Shown one piece after another: positions 47,497-61,517 of a DNA stretch of 64,000 bases. Both the position numbers and the translations under genes were made by a program. This stretch comes from the human T2T-CHM13v2.0 reference genome, Homo sapiens, in the NCBI RefSeq assembly GCF_009914755.1, contig NC_060928.1, one strand, 5' to 3'. The notes below the pieces were generated by a model, which searched no databases, had not been told where the DNA came from, and saw only the letters and a list, made by a program, of their open reading frames with translations. Each line of letters opens with the position of its first letter. Within the stretch, counting starts at the first letter, position 1.

Positions 47497-48139
47497 AGGA
47501 TGTTTGTTAATAGTAAGCCAGAAAATGAAATTTAAGGGAAGGCCATCTATGCATGAATCAAAGTCCCCATGGCCCCCAGGAAAGCCACGTCATCAGCTTG
47601 CCTTTCTAGCACCTCACACCGAGGCAAGAATGGCTGGAGGTGACCCCCAACCCTCCAGCCTCCCCCAGCACTATTTATTTGTCAGTACAAATGGGGAAGA
47701 ATTGCAGCTTGTGTGTTACAGGAAAGATGTGGTAGAAATGATTTCATAACTCGCCTTTAAAAAATCGACTCTCTTTTAAAATCTATGATAGCCAGAAGGA
47801 GACAGTCCAACAGCAGAGGAAAATTTCAAAGTAAAGCTGTTCTTAGATTCCTCCTCCCCAGCATTCAGATCTTCTCCAACTTCCGGCATCTTCTTTCTTC
47901 TGCCTCTCAGGAGTCCAGAGCTTCTGTGTTGCCCACTGTCCAGACCCCCCTCTCTGGCTTTCACCTGCCCTTTGCCTCCTGCACAGAGCCCTATGATCCC
48001 TAATAACTTTCTCTTTCCCTCCCTTTCTCAAAGCTCCCTTTCTTCTAAAAGTGATCCTGAGCTAGGAAGTCTCCCAATATTTTACTTTTCTATAGTGATA
48101 ATAAAGAAAGAAAAGAAGAAAAGTGTCACAGTGGAAAAG

Positions 48140-49290
48140 ACCAAGCAGATCAAGAGGAATAAAAGACAAACCACAGACTGGGAGAAAATATTTGCAGAAG
48201 ATATACACGACAAAGGACTCTTGTCTAAAATATACAAAGAACTCTTAAAACTCAACACAAACAAAATAAACAATTTGATTAAAACTGAGCCAAGACTTTA
48301 ACAGACACCTTACCAAAGACATACAGATGGCAAAGAAGCATAAGAAAAGATGCCCCACATTTTAAGTCATCAGGGAAATGCAAATTAAAACAACAACTAC
48401 TACACACCTAGTAGAATGGCCCAAATCCAGAATACTGATAACACCAAATGCTGGCAAGGATGTGGAGCAACAGGAATTCTCGTTCATTGCTGGTGGGAAC
48501 GCAAAATGGCACAGTCTTGTTGGAAGGCAGTTTGGCAGTTTCTTGCAAAGCTAAATGTACTCTTAGCATATGATCCAGCAATTGTGCTCCTTGGTATCCA
48601 TACACAGACCTGTCCATGGGTGTTCATAGCAGCTTTGTTCATAATTGCCCAAACTGGGAGCAACCAAGATGTCCTGCAGTAGGTGAATGGATTAATAAAC
48701 TGTGGCACATTCAGGTAATGTACTATTATTTAGCTTTAAGATGAAATGAAGCCAGGCGTGGTGGCAGGCACCTGTAGTCCCAGCTACTCGGGAGGCTGAG
48801 GCAGGAGGACTGCTTGAGGTCAGGAGTATATGACTAAGTGAAATAAGGCAGTATGAAAAGATTACATACTACATGATTCCAACTATGTGACATTCTGGAA
48901 AAGGCACAACTATAGAGAGTAAAAATCTCAGTGGTTACCAAGGTTAGGTATGAAGGGGGGAAGGATGAACAGGTGGAATGCAAAGGAATTTTAGGGCAGT
49001 GAAACTGTTCTGTATGATATTGTAATTGTGGATCTATGTCATGATACATTTGCCCAAACCCATAGAATGTACAACACCAAGAGTGAACCCTAATGTCAAA
49101 AATATTTTCTTTGGGTGACAATGACATGTCAGTGAAGGTTCATGAATTGTAATGAATTCATGCTCTGGTGGGGGGTATTGATAACGGGGGTTGCTATGCA
49201 TATATGGGGGCAGGGAGGATATGGGAAATCTCTCTACCTTCTCGGTTTTACTGTGAATCGAAAGCTGCTCTAAAAATACAGCCTAAAACA
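48140..49290 (+). mobile_element. Old L1 3' end (L1MC-like) with a short Alu fragment at ~48751-48827
   Basis: Degenerate ORF2 C-terminus (TDWEKIFA...DKGLLSKIYKELLKL) and L1MC-type 3'UTR (aaacccatagaatgtacaacaccaagagtgaaccctaatg). Confidence 0.8.
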
Positions 49291-49355
49291 AAGAGAGGGT
49301 CTGCACAGCTCCATTTCCTTGTTTTCCTCTTCTCCTTTTTTGCTCTTACTCTCAT

Positions 49356-49387
<32 letters not shown>

Positions 49388-49498
49388 GTGAGAAACATAA
49401 ACACTCTTTGGGAAGTAAATTTTTCTCATCTTTAGAACTAGCCCTGGCACCTTCACTAGAGCATTTGGATTACTTTCCCACCCAACCTCTGGACAAAA

Positions 49499-50283
49499 TC
49501 CTCCTTCTCCTCTCCCCCTCTTCTCCTCTCCCCTCCTTCTCCTCTCCCTTCCTTCTCCTTTCCCCTCCTTCTCCTCTCCCCCCTTCTCCTCTCCCCTCCT
49601 TCTCCTCTCCCCCCTTCTCCTCTCCCCTCCTTCTCCTCTCTCCCCCTTCTCCTCTCCCCCCTTCTCCTCTCCCCTCCTTCTCCTCTCCCCTCCTTCTCCT
49701 CTCCCCTCCTTCTCCTCTCCCTTCCTTCTCCTCTCCCCTCCTTCTCCTCTCCCTTCCTTCTCCCCTCCCCTCCTTCTCCTCTCCCCCCTTCTCCTCTCCC
49801 CTCCTTCTCCTCTCCCCCCCTTCTCCTCTCCCCTCCTTCTCCTCTCCCCCCTTCTCCTCTCCCCTCCTTCTCCTCTCCCCCCCTTCTCCTCTCCCCTCCT
49901 TCTCCTCTCCCCTCCTTCTCCTCTCCCCTCCTTCTCCTCTCCCCTCCTTCTCCTCTCCCCTCCTTCTCCTCTCCCTTCCTTCTCCTCTCCCCTCCTTCTC
50001 CTCTCCCTTCCTTCTCCTCTCCCCTCCTTCTCCTCTCCCTTCCTTCTCCCCTCCCCTCCTTCTCCTCTCCCCCCTTCTCCTCTCCCCTCCTTCTCCTCTC
50101 CCCCCTTCTCCTCTCCCCTCCTTCTCCTCTCCCCCCTTCTCCTCTCCCCTCCTTCTCCTCTCCCCTCCTTCTCCTCTCCCTTCCTTCTCCTCTCCCTTCC
50201 TTCTCCTCTCCCCTCCTTCTCCTCTCCCTTCCTTCTCCCCTCCCCTCCTTCTCCTCTCCCTTCCTTCTCCTCTCCCCTCCTTC
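49499..50283. repeat. Homopyrimidine minisatellite (~16-bp CCTTCTCCTCTCCCCT core)
   Basis: ~785 bp of C/T with no purine seen. Confidence 0.97.
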
Positions 50284-50469
50284 TGTATGATGTTCTGTAT
50301 CATACAGAACAGTTTCACTGCCCTAAGTGACTATGCAAGACTATGTGTACCTTGTCTCTCTCTGAACCTCTTACCTGCATCCTACAACCACTGTTGTCAT
50401 CCTCCACACACATTATACCTCCTACTGACCTTCAGACAGGTAACCCTGCTGTCATCCACTTCCATTGAC

Positions 50470-50868
50470 AAGAGTCAAAAGTCCAGCAGTATCCAGGCAG
50501 TTCTTTCAACAGAAGGAATTTAACGTAGGCAATTGGTTACAAAGGTGATGAAGGGCTGACAGAAAAAAAGGGGACCAGGGACACTGATAATAATGAACAG
50601 GAAGCAGCTATTACCCCCAGTGCTAGGGGAGCAATGGGAAGGGACTGGATGTATCAAGAGATGGAATTTTGGAGAAGGGACCCCCCAGGGCAGAGACGTT
50701 GCCCAGCTGCTGCTGGCTGGGACCTCTAGGGAGGCATGGTGAGGCTGGTTCTGGGAGCTTAAACAGAAGCTGGCAGCTGGAACAAGCTGCTGTTGTGCCC
50801 AGGACAGGACAAAATGCTGCTGTTAGAGCAGCAAGAACTGGAACAATAACCAAACAGAGAACAGAAAG
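50470..50868 (-). mobile_element. Old LTR fragment (LTR78-like, tentative), apparently resuming at ~54263-54400
   Basis: ttcaacagaaggaatttaa...aggaagcagctattacccccagtgctagggg, and after the array agctgccaaaggagaaatg...tttgcagagtccca, resemble one recalled LTR consensus. Confidence 0.45.
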
Positions 50869-53800
50869 TCTCCTCTCCCCTCCTCCTTCTCCTCTCCCCT
50901 CCTTCGCCTCTCCCCCCCTCCTCCTCTCCCCTCCTCCTTCTCCTCTCCCTCCCCTCCTTCTCCTCTCCCCTCCCTCCTTCTCCTCTCCCCTCCCCTCCTT
51001 CTCCTCTCCCCTCCCCTCCTCCTCTCCCCTCCTCCTTCTCCTCTCCCCTCCTCCTTCTCCTCTCCCCTCCTCCTTCTCCTCTCCCCTCCTCCTTCTCCTC
51101 TCCCCTCCTTCTCCTCTCCCCTCCTCCTTCTCCTCTCCCCTCCTTCTCCTCTCCCCTCCTCCTTCTCCTCTCCCCTCCTTGGCCTCTCCCCCACTCCTCC
51201 TCTCCCCTCCTCCTTCTCCTCTCCCCTCCCCTCCTTCTCCTCTCCCCTCCCCTCCTTCTCCTCTCCCCTCCCCTCCTCCTCTCCCCTCCTCCTTCCCCTC
51301 TCCCCTCCTCCTTCTCCTCTCCCCTCCTTCTCCTCTCCCCTCCCCTCCTTCTCCTCTCCCCTCCCCTCCTTCTCCTCTCCCCTCCCCTCCTTCTCCTCTC
51401 CCCTCCCCTCCTCCTCTCCCCTCCTCCTTCTCCTCTCCCCTCCTTCTCCTCTCCCCTCCCTTCTCCTCTCCCCTCCTTGGCCTCTCCCCCCTCCTCCTCT
51501 CCCCTCCTCCTTCTCCTCTCCCCTCCCCTCCTTCTCCTCTCCCTCCCCTCCTTCTCCTCTCCCTCCCCTCCTTCTCCTCTCCCCTCCCCTCCTTCTCTCC
51601 CCTCCCCTCCTCCTCTCCCCTCCTCCTTCCCCTCTCCCTCCTCCTTCTCCTCTCCCCTCCTCCTTCTCCTCTCCCCTCCTTCTCCTCTCCCCTCCTCCTT
51701 CTCCTCTCCCCTCCCCTCCTTCTCCTCTCCCCTCCCCTCCTTCTCCTCTCCCCTCCCCTCCTTCTCCTCTCCCCTCCCCTCCCCTCCTTCTCCTCTCCCC
51801 TCCCCTCCTCCTCTCCCCTCCTCCTTCTCCTCTCCCCTCCTCCTTCTCCTCTCCCCTCCTCCTTCTCCTCTCCCCTCCTCCTTCTCCTCTCCCCTCCTCC
51901 TTCTCCTCTCCCCTCCTCCTTCTCCTCTCCCCTCCTCCTTCTCCTCTCCCCTCCTCTTCCCTCCTCCTTCTCCTCTCCCCTCCTTCTCCTCTCCCCTCCT
52001 TCTCCTCTCCCTCCTTCTCCTCTCCCCTCCTTCTCCTCTCCCCTCCTTCTCCTCTCCCTCCTCCTTCTCCTCTCCCCTCCTCCTTCTCCTCTCCCCTCCT
52101 CCTTCTCCTCTCCCTCCTTCTCCTCTCCCCTCCTCCTTCTCCTCTCCCCTCCTCCTTCTCCTCTCCCCTCCTCCTTCTCCTCTCCCCTCCTCCTTCTCCT
52201 CTCCCCTCCTCCTTCTCCTCTCCCCTCCTCCTTCTCCCTCTCCCCTCCTCCTTCTCCTCTCCCCTCCTCCTTCTCCTCTCCCCTCCTCCTTCTCCTCTCC
52301 CCTCCTTCTCCTCTCCCCTCCTTCTCCTCTCCCCTCCTTCTCCTCTCCCCTCCTTCTCCTCTCCCCTCCTCCTTCTCCTCTCCCCTCCTCCTTCTCCTCT
52401 CCCCTCCTCCTTCTCCTCTCCCCTCCTCCTTCTCCTCTCCCTCCTCCTTCTCCTCTCCCCTCCTCCTTCTCCCTCTCCCTCCTCCTTCTCCTCTCCCCTC
52501 CTCCTTCTCCTCTCCCCTCCTCCTCTCCCCCCTCCTTCTCCTCTCCCTCCTCCTTCTCCTCTCCCCTCCTCCTTCTCCTCTCCCCCTCCTTCTCCTCTCC
52601 CCTCCTTCTCCTCTCCCCTCCTTCTCCTCTCCCCTCCTTCTCCTCTCCCCTCCCTCCTTCTCCTCTCCCCTCCTCCTTCTCCTCTCCCCTCCTTCTCCTC
52701 TCCCTCCTTCTCCTCTCCCCTCCTTCTCCTCTCCCTCCCTCCTTCTCCTCTCCCCTCCTCCTTCCTCCTCTCCCCTCCTCCTTCTCTCTCCCCTCCTCCT
52801 TCCCTCTCCCCTCCTCCTCTCTCCTCTCCTCCTCCTTCTCCTCTCCCCTCCTCCTTCCCTCTCCCCTCCTCCTTCTCCTCTCCCCTCCTCCTTCTCCTCT
52901 CCCCTCCTCCTTCTCCTCTCCCCTCCTCCTTCTCCTCTCCCCTCTCCTTCTCCTCTCCCCTCCCTTCTCCTCTCCCCTCCTTCTCCTCTCCCCTCCTTCT
53001 CCTCTCCCTCCTTCCTCCTCTCCCTCCCTCCTTCTCCTCTCCCCTCCTTCTCCTCTCCCCTCCTCTCCTCTCCCTCCTCCCTCTCCCCTCCTTCTCCTCT
53101 CCCCTCCTTCTCCTCTCCCTCCTCCTTCTCCTCTCCCCTCCTCCTTCTCCTCTCCCCTTCCTCCTTCTCCTCTCCCCTCCTCCTTCTCCTCTCCCCTCCT
53201 CCTTCTCCTCTCCCCTCCTCCTTCTCCTCCCTCCCTCCTTCTCCTCTCCCCTCCTTCTCCTCTCCCCTCCTCCTTCTCCTCTCCCTCCTTCTCCTCTCCC
53301 CTCCTCTCCTCTCCCCCTCCTTCTCCTCTCCCTCCTCCTCTCCTCTCCCCTCCTTCTCCTCTCCCTCCTCTCCTCTCCCCTCCTTCTCCTCTCCCCCTCC
53401 TTCTCCTCTCCCCTCCTTCTCCTCTCCCCTCCTTCTCCTCTCCCCTCCTTCTCCTCTCCCCTCCTTCTCCTCTCCCCTCCTTCTCCTCTCCCCTCCTTCT
53501 CCTCTCCCCTCCTTCTCCTCTCCCCCTCCTCCTTCTCCTCTCCCCCCTCCTCCTTCTCCTCTCCCCTCCTCCTTCTCCTCTCCCCTCCTCCTTCTCCTCT
53601 CCCTCCTCCTTCTCCTCTCCCCTCCTCCTTCTCCTCTCCCTCCTCCTTCTCCTCTCCCCTCCTTCTCCTCTCCCCTCCTTCTCCTCTCCCCTCCTTCTCC
53701 TCTCCCTCCTCTCCTCTCCCCCTTCTCCTCTCCCCTCCTTCTCCTCTCCCTCCTTCTCCTCTCCCCTCCTCCTTCTCCTCTCCCCTCCTCCTTCTCCTCT

Positions 53801-54262
53801 CCCCTCCTCCTTCTCCTTTCCCCTCCTTCTCCTCTCCCCTCCTTCTCCTCTCCCCTCCTTCTCCTCTCTCCTCCTTCTCCTCTCCCCTCCTTCTCCTCTC
53901 CCGTCCTTCTCCTCTCCCTCCTCCTTCTCCTCTCCCCTCCTCCTTCTCCTCTCCCCTCCTCCTTCTCCTCTCCCCTCCTCCTTCTCCTCTCCCCTCCTCC
54001 TTCTCCTTTCCCCTCCTCCTTCTCCTTTCCCCTCCTTCTCCTCTCCCCTCCTCCTTCTCCTTTCCCCTCCTCCTTCTCCTTTCCCCTCCTTCTCCTCTCC
54101 CCTCCTCCTTCTCCTTTCCCCTCCTTCTCCTCTCCCCTCCTCCTTCTCCTTTCCCCTCCTTCTCCTCTCCCCTCCTTCTCCTCCCTTCCCCTCCTTCTTC
54201 TCCCCTCCCCTCCTTCTTCTCCCCTCCCCTCCTTCTTCTCCCCTCCCCTCCTTCTCCTCTCC
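50869..54262. repeat. Very long homopyrimidine minisatellite (16/19-bp CCTTCTCCTCTCCCCT[CCT] units)
   Basis: ~3.4 kb with only about 7 purines (50906, 51181-2, 51193, 51479-80, 53903). Confidence 0.97.
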
Positions 54263-55864
54263 TGTCCCCCAGTGTGCTCTAATGGCTAAGAGTCAGCTGC
54301 CAAAGGAGAAATGCCCTTTGCAGAGTCCCAGACGTGGCGAGAACAGGAGAATGGCGTTAGGGGTGAGAGAGGTGAGTGACCGGAGGATGCACTTGCTCAC
54401 AATGACTCCCAATTCCAAGATGTGGCACCGTTGACAAGATAGCACAGTGCATCCTTCTGCCATAAGCTTGCAAAACACAATCAGAGCAAAAAGCTAATTA
54501 ATAAGAACCACGTATTTCAAGTCAAATCTATAGATTGAGACCATCGCAAAAATTCTGGGGTTTTTCGATGGCTTCCGTGAACATCTCTGCTCACTGGGGT
54601 GTTGGGAATTTGGATAAGGCAGGGAGATCGCCCGCCTGCAGAATCCAGGCTTCCTCTGAGAGGCTGCTGGCTGTGCCCAGAGATGTCTTGGCCACGAACC
54701 CCTCAGTCACTGCCAGCGGGTTCTGCACGCGCCTTGGAGTCCCGGGCATCCACTGACATTTCTTCCCCCGGCCCCACCACCACCTTGTCTCTATTCCTCT
54801 TCGCTGCGGTTCATTTCTCCCAGGGCCCCATGCACTTGTCCTCGGACCCTCGGGCGGAAACTGGGCCAGCGCTTCCCCTGGTGGCAGTCAGTGAAAGTCC
54901 TCAGATTACCTTCATCGGAGGGAAATGATAATCGTGTTTATTCTGAACTTCACCTCGGACCAGGCCCTGTACTAAGCCCCCTGTTTGGATGCCCTGTTTG
55001 GAGACACTTTCACCTTCATGAGGGCTTCTAGTCCGGCGCTGGCCAGTGCCAGCGGTTAGGAGCGTCTCCCCTGCACTGGCCAAACACGTGCCTGTAACTT
55101 CCAGCCTCCACCCCTCATTTCGCTCCCTGGGGCCACGTGGACTAAACCTAATCCCTCTCCCACAAATGTCTGCATCATCCCATCTGTCCACTACCACCTG
55201 CACCAGCCACCGCCCCACCAAGTCTGCCCTTGCCCAGTCGCTCTCCTCTAGAGACCTACCCATTCAGAAGGGCCATCCATTTCAGTTAAACTTGGCCTAG
55301 TGACCTAAGAGTGGTGGGAACAGAGCAAGGCCATCAGCCTCCTGCTCTGAGTGCCACACTTTAAGTGCACCTGAAGATGTTCAAATATCAGTCACTGACG
55401 GTGAATGGATAGTGCCAAGAGACCTGTGGCCTTCCACTAGAGACCCCTCTGATCCATGAGGCAGTATTCACTTATTTACCCAGGTAACTGTCTGCATCAG
55501 CGTGCCATCTTCCAGGTCACTTTCTTCACCTTCTGCATAATACTTGGCCCAAAGCCTTTTGCTGAAATCCAGATTTTCATTCATTCGCTCATGCATTCAT
55601 CTATGCAACACAGACACACCAAGCTCCCGCTATGTGCTGGGCACTTCTGTAAGTGCTGGAGAGACCCAACTGAACAGGATGGATGCCGTTCCTTCCCTTA
55701 TGGAGTTCATATAATGGGGGGGACAGGGAATAGTCAATAAACACATTAATTAGTGAGAAAATATTAATGAGATAATTTTAGACAGCGCTTTGAAGAAAAT
55801 AACAACTGAGATTGTAGCAGGGGCAAGTGTGAAAATAGGAGACCAATTAGGAAAGCTTAAGTTA

Positions 55865-56005
55865 GGCTGGGTGCAGTAGCTCATGCCTGTAGCTCTTTGA
55901 GGCCAAAGCAGGAGGATTTCTTGAGGCCAGGAGTTTGAGACCAGCCTGGGCAACATAGTGAGACCCCCGTCTCTACAAACAACAACAACAATGAAAATAA
56001 ATAAA
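55865..56005 (+). mobile_element. FLAM/Alu monomer, preceded by an L2 remnant (~55575-55760, minus)
   Basis: ggctgggtgcagtagctcatgcctgta...gagacccccgtctctac plus A-rich tail. Confidence 0.75.
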
Positions 56006-56207
56006 TAAGCACATGAAAGGAGGCTCAAGTGAGAACTCAGAAATGCCAGGTCTACCACATCCTCTCCTCTACTAAGCAGGAAACTCCCCCAAATGCAGGG
56101 GTATCTGGCTAAATTTGTCTTTGTTAACCCCATGCTGACCTTCATCAGTCCCTGCGTCCCTTCCTGATCCTCAGCTGAGGTGTTCTAGTAGCTCCCGAGG
56201 ACCAACA

Positions 56208-56443
56208 CAATTTCCACCAGCTGTCTCACTTTCCTCTCCCGTCCCCACAGGCCCTCACGGACTGCCAGCAGCTGCACATCCTTCAGCAATTCTCACCGGC
56301 TGTCTCACTCTCCTGTCCCGTCCCCACAGGCCCTCGCGGACTGCCAGCAGCTGCACATCCTTCAGCAATTCTCACTGCTGTCTCACTGTCCTGTCCCGTC
56401 CTCACAGGCCCTCACAGACTGCCAGCAGCTGCACATCCTTCAG
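56208..56443. repeat. 79-bp tandem repeat x3
   Basis: Units 56208-56286, 56287-56365 and 56366-56443, each ending gactgccagcagctgcacatccttcag. Confidence 0.95.
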
Positions 56444-57678
56444 GGCTTCAGGATGTCACCCCAGCCACAGCCCTGGCCCCTCAGGAGGCAAGAGCACGTT
56501 GAGAGCTGTCAAAGCTCTTAACCTCCTCCCCTATCTTGGTGCTCCTTCCACCTTTTTCTGCCTGAAGGTTCTTCTAGAGAGAAAGCTCATGTGGACAGGC
56601 CCCTGCACTCCACTCCAGGGGAATCCTCATAGCCATGCTCCTGCTCCTGACACGCCCCATCTTGCTTAACTTCTAACACCCCTTGGAGTGGTTTCCAAGG
56701 CCTTTGGAGTACTTCAGCTCACTCGTCTTCTGACAGGCCTCCTGCAAGCCCAGCTTCCAGTGGGCAATGGCCTTTGAGAAGACACCCACTTTCCTGCATT
56801 AGGAAATGTCCTTTGTCCACCTGAGCTGCTCAGAGCACCCCTGTGCAACTCTCCTGGCTTCTACAGACACCTCCTCCCTCCTCTTTCCATCCTCCTTGGT
56901 GAAGGACCCTGCTTCCTTCTGAGAACCGCCCATACCTCTTGTGCAGAACCTAGATTAAGGCTAAAAATTCTAAGCCAAAACACACAGCAATCAAGAGAGA
57001 TACAATTTTAACACAATCATGTTTTAAAAATCTAAATTTATGCAAAAAATCCTTGAATAAAATATCAAGACTTTAACTACAGACAGGATTGGTATTACTA
57101 GTTTTTCCTTTTGCCTTAGATTCCAATACGACCCAGTATAGCCTTTTTGTTTCATTGTCGTGAAATATACATAATGTAAAATTTACCATTTTAACCATCT
57201 CTAAGCGTCCAATTTCATGTCGTGATGTGCGTTTCCATTGCTGTGCAGCCATCACCACTGTCTTCTGCACAGCTTTTGTGTGTCTTCCCTCTCACGGAAT
57301 CCTTTCTGCTTTCGTGATCCTTCCTCAAGCCAAGCACGCCCTTCTTGCCGACTCCCAGGACCTCTCAAATCAGACGCTAGATTTCTCCCAGGTGTTCCAT
57401 CCTATCCACTTCACTCCTCACTGGTGAGAAATGGGCTCAGGGTAGCAGCTCCCATTGTCAGTTCTGGGCCCTTCTGAGAAGGGGTGACATCAGCCCGCAT
57501 GAATCTCACAGCCGCGGTCTGCAAAGATGGGGTCCCTATCTCCACTGGGTCTGCCCTGGTGCCAGGTCTGAACAACACATCAGCAATGTTCCATCGTGGC
57601 CCGCAGCGTGGGGAAAAGCCCCACCTGAAGCCCAAAGAGCAAAGTCCGTGCCATTTCCTTGGTTAGCTGCTGAGAAGG

Positions 57679-57986
57679 TTTTTTTTTTTTTTTTTTTTTT
57701 TTCAGACGGAGTTTTGCTCCTGTGGCCCAGGCTGGAGTGCAGTGGCGCAATCTCAGCTCTCCGCAACCTCCACTTCCTGGGTTCAAGCCATTCTCCTGCC
57801 TTAGCCTCTCGGGTAGCTGGGATTACAGGCATGTGCCACCACGCCCAGCTAATTTTGTATTTCCTAGGAGAGACAGGTTTTCTCCACGTTGGTCAGGCTG
57901 GCCTCGGACTCCCGACCTCAGGTGATCCGCTCGCCTCAGCTTCCCAAAGTGCTGGGATTACAGGTGTGAGCCACCGTGCCCGGCCA
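57679..57986 (-). mobile_element. Alu (AluS-like)
   Basis: Poly(T) followed by reverse Alu. Confidence 0.9.
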
Positions 57987-60276
57987 GGAAGGCTTTTTTA
58001 ACAACAAGTACTTAAGAAAAGAAAAAGAAAAAGAAAAAGTGTTAGGTATAGTTGACTTGTTCCTCTGATTAAAAATAAGAACAGGGCTTTGTTCATTCTC
58101 CAAGGTGGCCACTTTGGGAATCCACCATAAAGTGATTAGTGAGACAATTACAGCTGTGACCGAACACAACAAAATTGGTGCTTCAACTTCAGTGTAATGA
58201 GAGCTTTTCCCTTACTTTGCTATTTATTGATTTGGTGTACCCTCCCTCCTACCTTAATGATTCATAGTTTAAACTTGTCTACACGATTTATATAGAGGCT
58301 TGGAGACCCCTATTATTCAGCTGCGGCTCTCAAGCAACACCCACGGGACCGAGTCCTTCGCCTCTCCCCAGCCTTCCCACCATGAGCTGCTGAAGACGGA
58401 GGACCTGCCAATGGCCTCCAAACAGGAGGAAGCCAGGAAGCAGCCAGTGGGAGAAATTACCTCCTGAGGCCAGAAGCAGGAGACTAGTAAGTCAGCGCAC
58501 CCCCAGGCTTGAGGCAAAAATGAGGCTCCCACCCTATTTGTCTTTGCAAATCACTTCACCTCACTGTGCTTCAGCCCACTCCTAGGACACAGGGCTTCAG
58601 CCACTACCCAAGACTGCCTTGGGGGGAACAATATTAATAACTATGACTGTGAGTCTCTTTTCCTGTGCACTTATTACCAGTGCTATATGAGTGCTTATTA
58701 TTAATAATAATAATTTAGTGCCGACTTTACTGCTTTTGTGTAACAGCGAGTACCTGGATTCTAATTATCTGTCTTATTTTAATATTTATGGAATTAATCA
58801 AAACTTTGTAATGGAAAACCCCACGATGAAATTACTAAGAGCGTATGCTTCAATGAAGACAGATGCGGCACACTGTAGGAAAAGACAGCTCCACTTCATA
58901 GCGTTACCGGGAACAGCTCAGGGTGCTGGCTGGCCCCTGAGCCAGGCAGGGTGGTAGAGCACATCCTGGAGCCCCAAGGCAGGGCCTGTGGCATCCCAGG
59001 GAGCGGCCCATCTGTGGTCCCCCCAAAAAAGGGGTCTCCACAGCCCAGCTGCCACCTATGCTCACAACAGGGGTCGGGGGTTCGTCTACTCATCAAGGCT
59101 AAACTGTGCGCTGGCCAGGCCCTGTGCTGACAGGTGCTCCGGGCTGGTCCCATCACCCCAGAGACAGGCAGCAAAGCCAGGTCCAAGCTCTGTCTAAAGA
59201 TCAAGGAAGAAGCTCCCTCTACAAAGAGCTCTGGAGCTCAGCAACTTGTACCCAGTCATCGCTTTAGAACCTTCGCTGGTGTCAGCGAGGTCAGAAATGC
59301 CATCCTTGGCATTATTTCCAACCTGGAGGATCCGCATCCTGGGCTGAGCTGGTCAGCTGATGGTCACCCAGCACCCCACTAAGATCCTGCAGCTCCCAGG
59401 GCACTAGGCCAGAGTGTAGGGCGGGGACAAATGCCTCCCAGCTCCCACTGACTGAGTGCTGACAGCTGTCTGGCCCTGTGGGAGATGCTTTCTGTGTGCT
59501 CCTGAATTTCAGTTTTATGACAACCCTGTGGATCAGGTACTGTTATTCCTTTCATTTCACAGATGAGAAAACTGAGGCTAAAGAGGTGAAGCTGCTTGCT
59601 CAAGGTCACAGAAAATGCTATACCGAATGGCCTGGGGTTTGAACTGGGGCCAGGCCACGTCCATGCCTCTGCTCTGAGCCAGGGCCCTCCACTGCCTCCC
59701 ATCTCCTTTTCTGAACACCTCTCTCTACAACTCCTTGATCGGGGGCCTGAGACCCTGGGACTACCGTGCGACTTCCAAGGGCTTACATTCTTGGAATCAC
59801 AGAGGTCCTTTTCTAGCCCGATTTTTTGCCTTCCTCTGCATGCCTCACCCCCAAACATCTTCAGGACACAGCCAGGGCTAAACGGGACATGATAAGATCA
59901 CCTGGGGAGCCTGAGAAATCCTGATGCCGAGGGTGCATCCCCACGCATGCGTCATACGCCCTGGGACCCAGGCATGGGTAATCCCTATTACAGTAGGAGG
60001 TTTGGTGAGAACATCCATATAAAGCATTTAGAAGATATGATTCCACCATGTGCCCGGGATTCCACTGGGCTTCTTAATCCCAGCTTCTCACCAGAATCAC
60101 CCAGGGAGCTTTCAGAAATACCCAGGTGTAAGCCTAACCCCCAGTGATTCTGTTTAATTGGTCTGAGAATTACTGCATATAGTTTTTGAGCTTCCCAGTT
60201 GATTTTAGTCTGTCGTCTGTATGGAGATGTCCTGGTTTAGGATGAAAACTAATTGTCTGAAAATAAATTTACTCTA

Positions 60277-60410
60277 GGACTGGGTGTGGTGGCTCACGCC
60301 CGTAATCCCATCACTTTGGGAGGCCGAGGTGCGCGGATTACTTGAGACCGGGAGTTCAAGAACAGCCAGGCCAACATGGTGAAACTCTGTCTCTACTAAA
60401 AATATATATT
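60277..60410 (+). mobile_element. Alu left monomer
   Basis: ggactgggtgtggtggctcacgcccgtaatccca...tctctactaaaaata. Confidence 0.8.
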
Positions 60411-60617
60411 AAAAGAAACAAAGAAAGAAATTTACCCTAAGAAGTGAATACTACTCTTCCCAGGGCTGACGTCCTATTGTCTTTGTATGTGAGTTCAAAA
60501 GTCACCTATTCAGAGGGACACCCCCTGACCCCCACCTCACTCCCCCAGCAACAGTAACTCCTCCCCCACTCTCTGGCACTTTATCTAGTTTTCTTGTTCT
60601 CATAGCGTATTTTGCTG

Positions 60618-61517
<900 letters not shown>

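Noticed and set aside
50669-54434. 1206-aa and 985-aa Pro/Ser/Leu ORFs (also 49408-50523 and the minus-strand Glu/Gly/Arg ORFs)
   Set aside because: Sequence made only of C/T (or only G/A) cannot contain stop codons. These are artefacts of the pyrimidine arrays.
56208-56443. CRISPR-like array
   Set aside because: The units are contiguous near-identical repeats with no unique spacers or cas genes, in a eukaryotic context.
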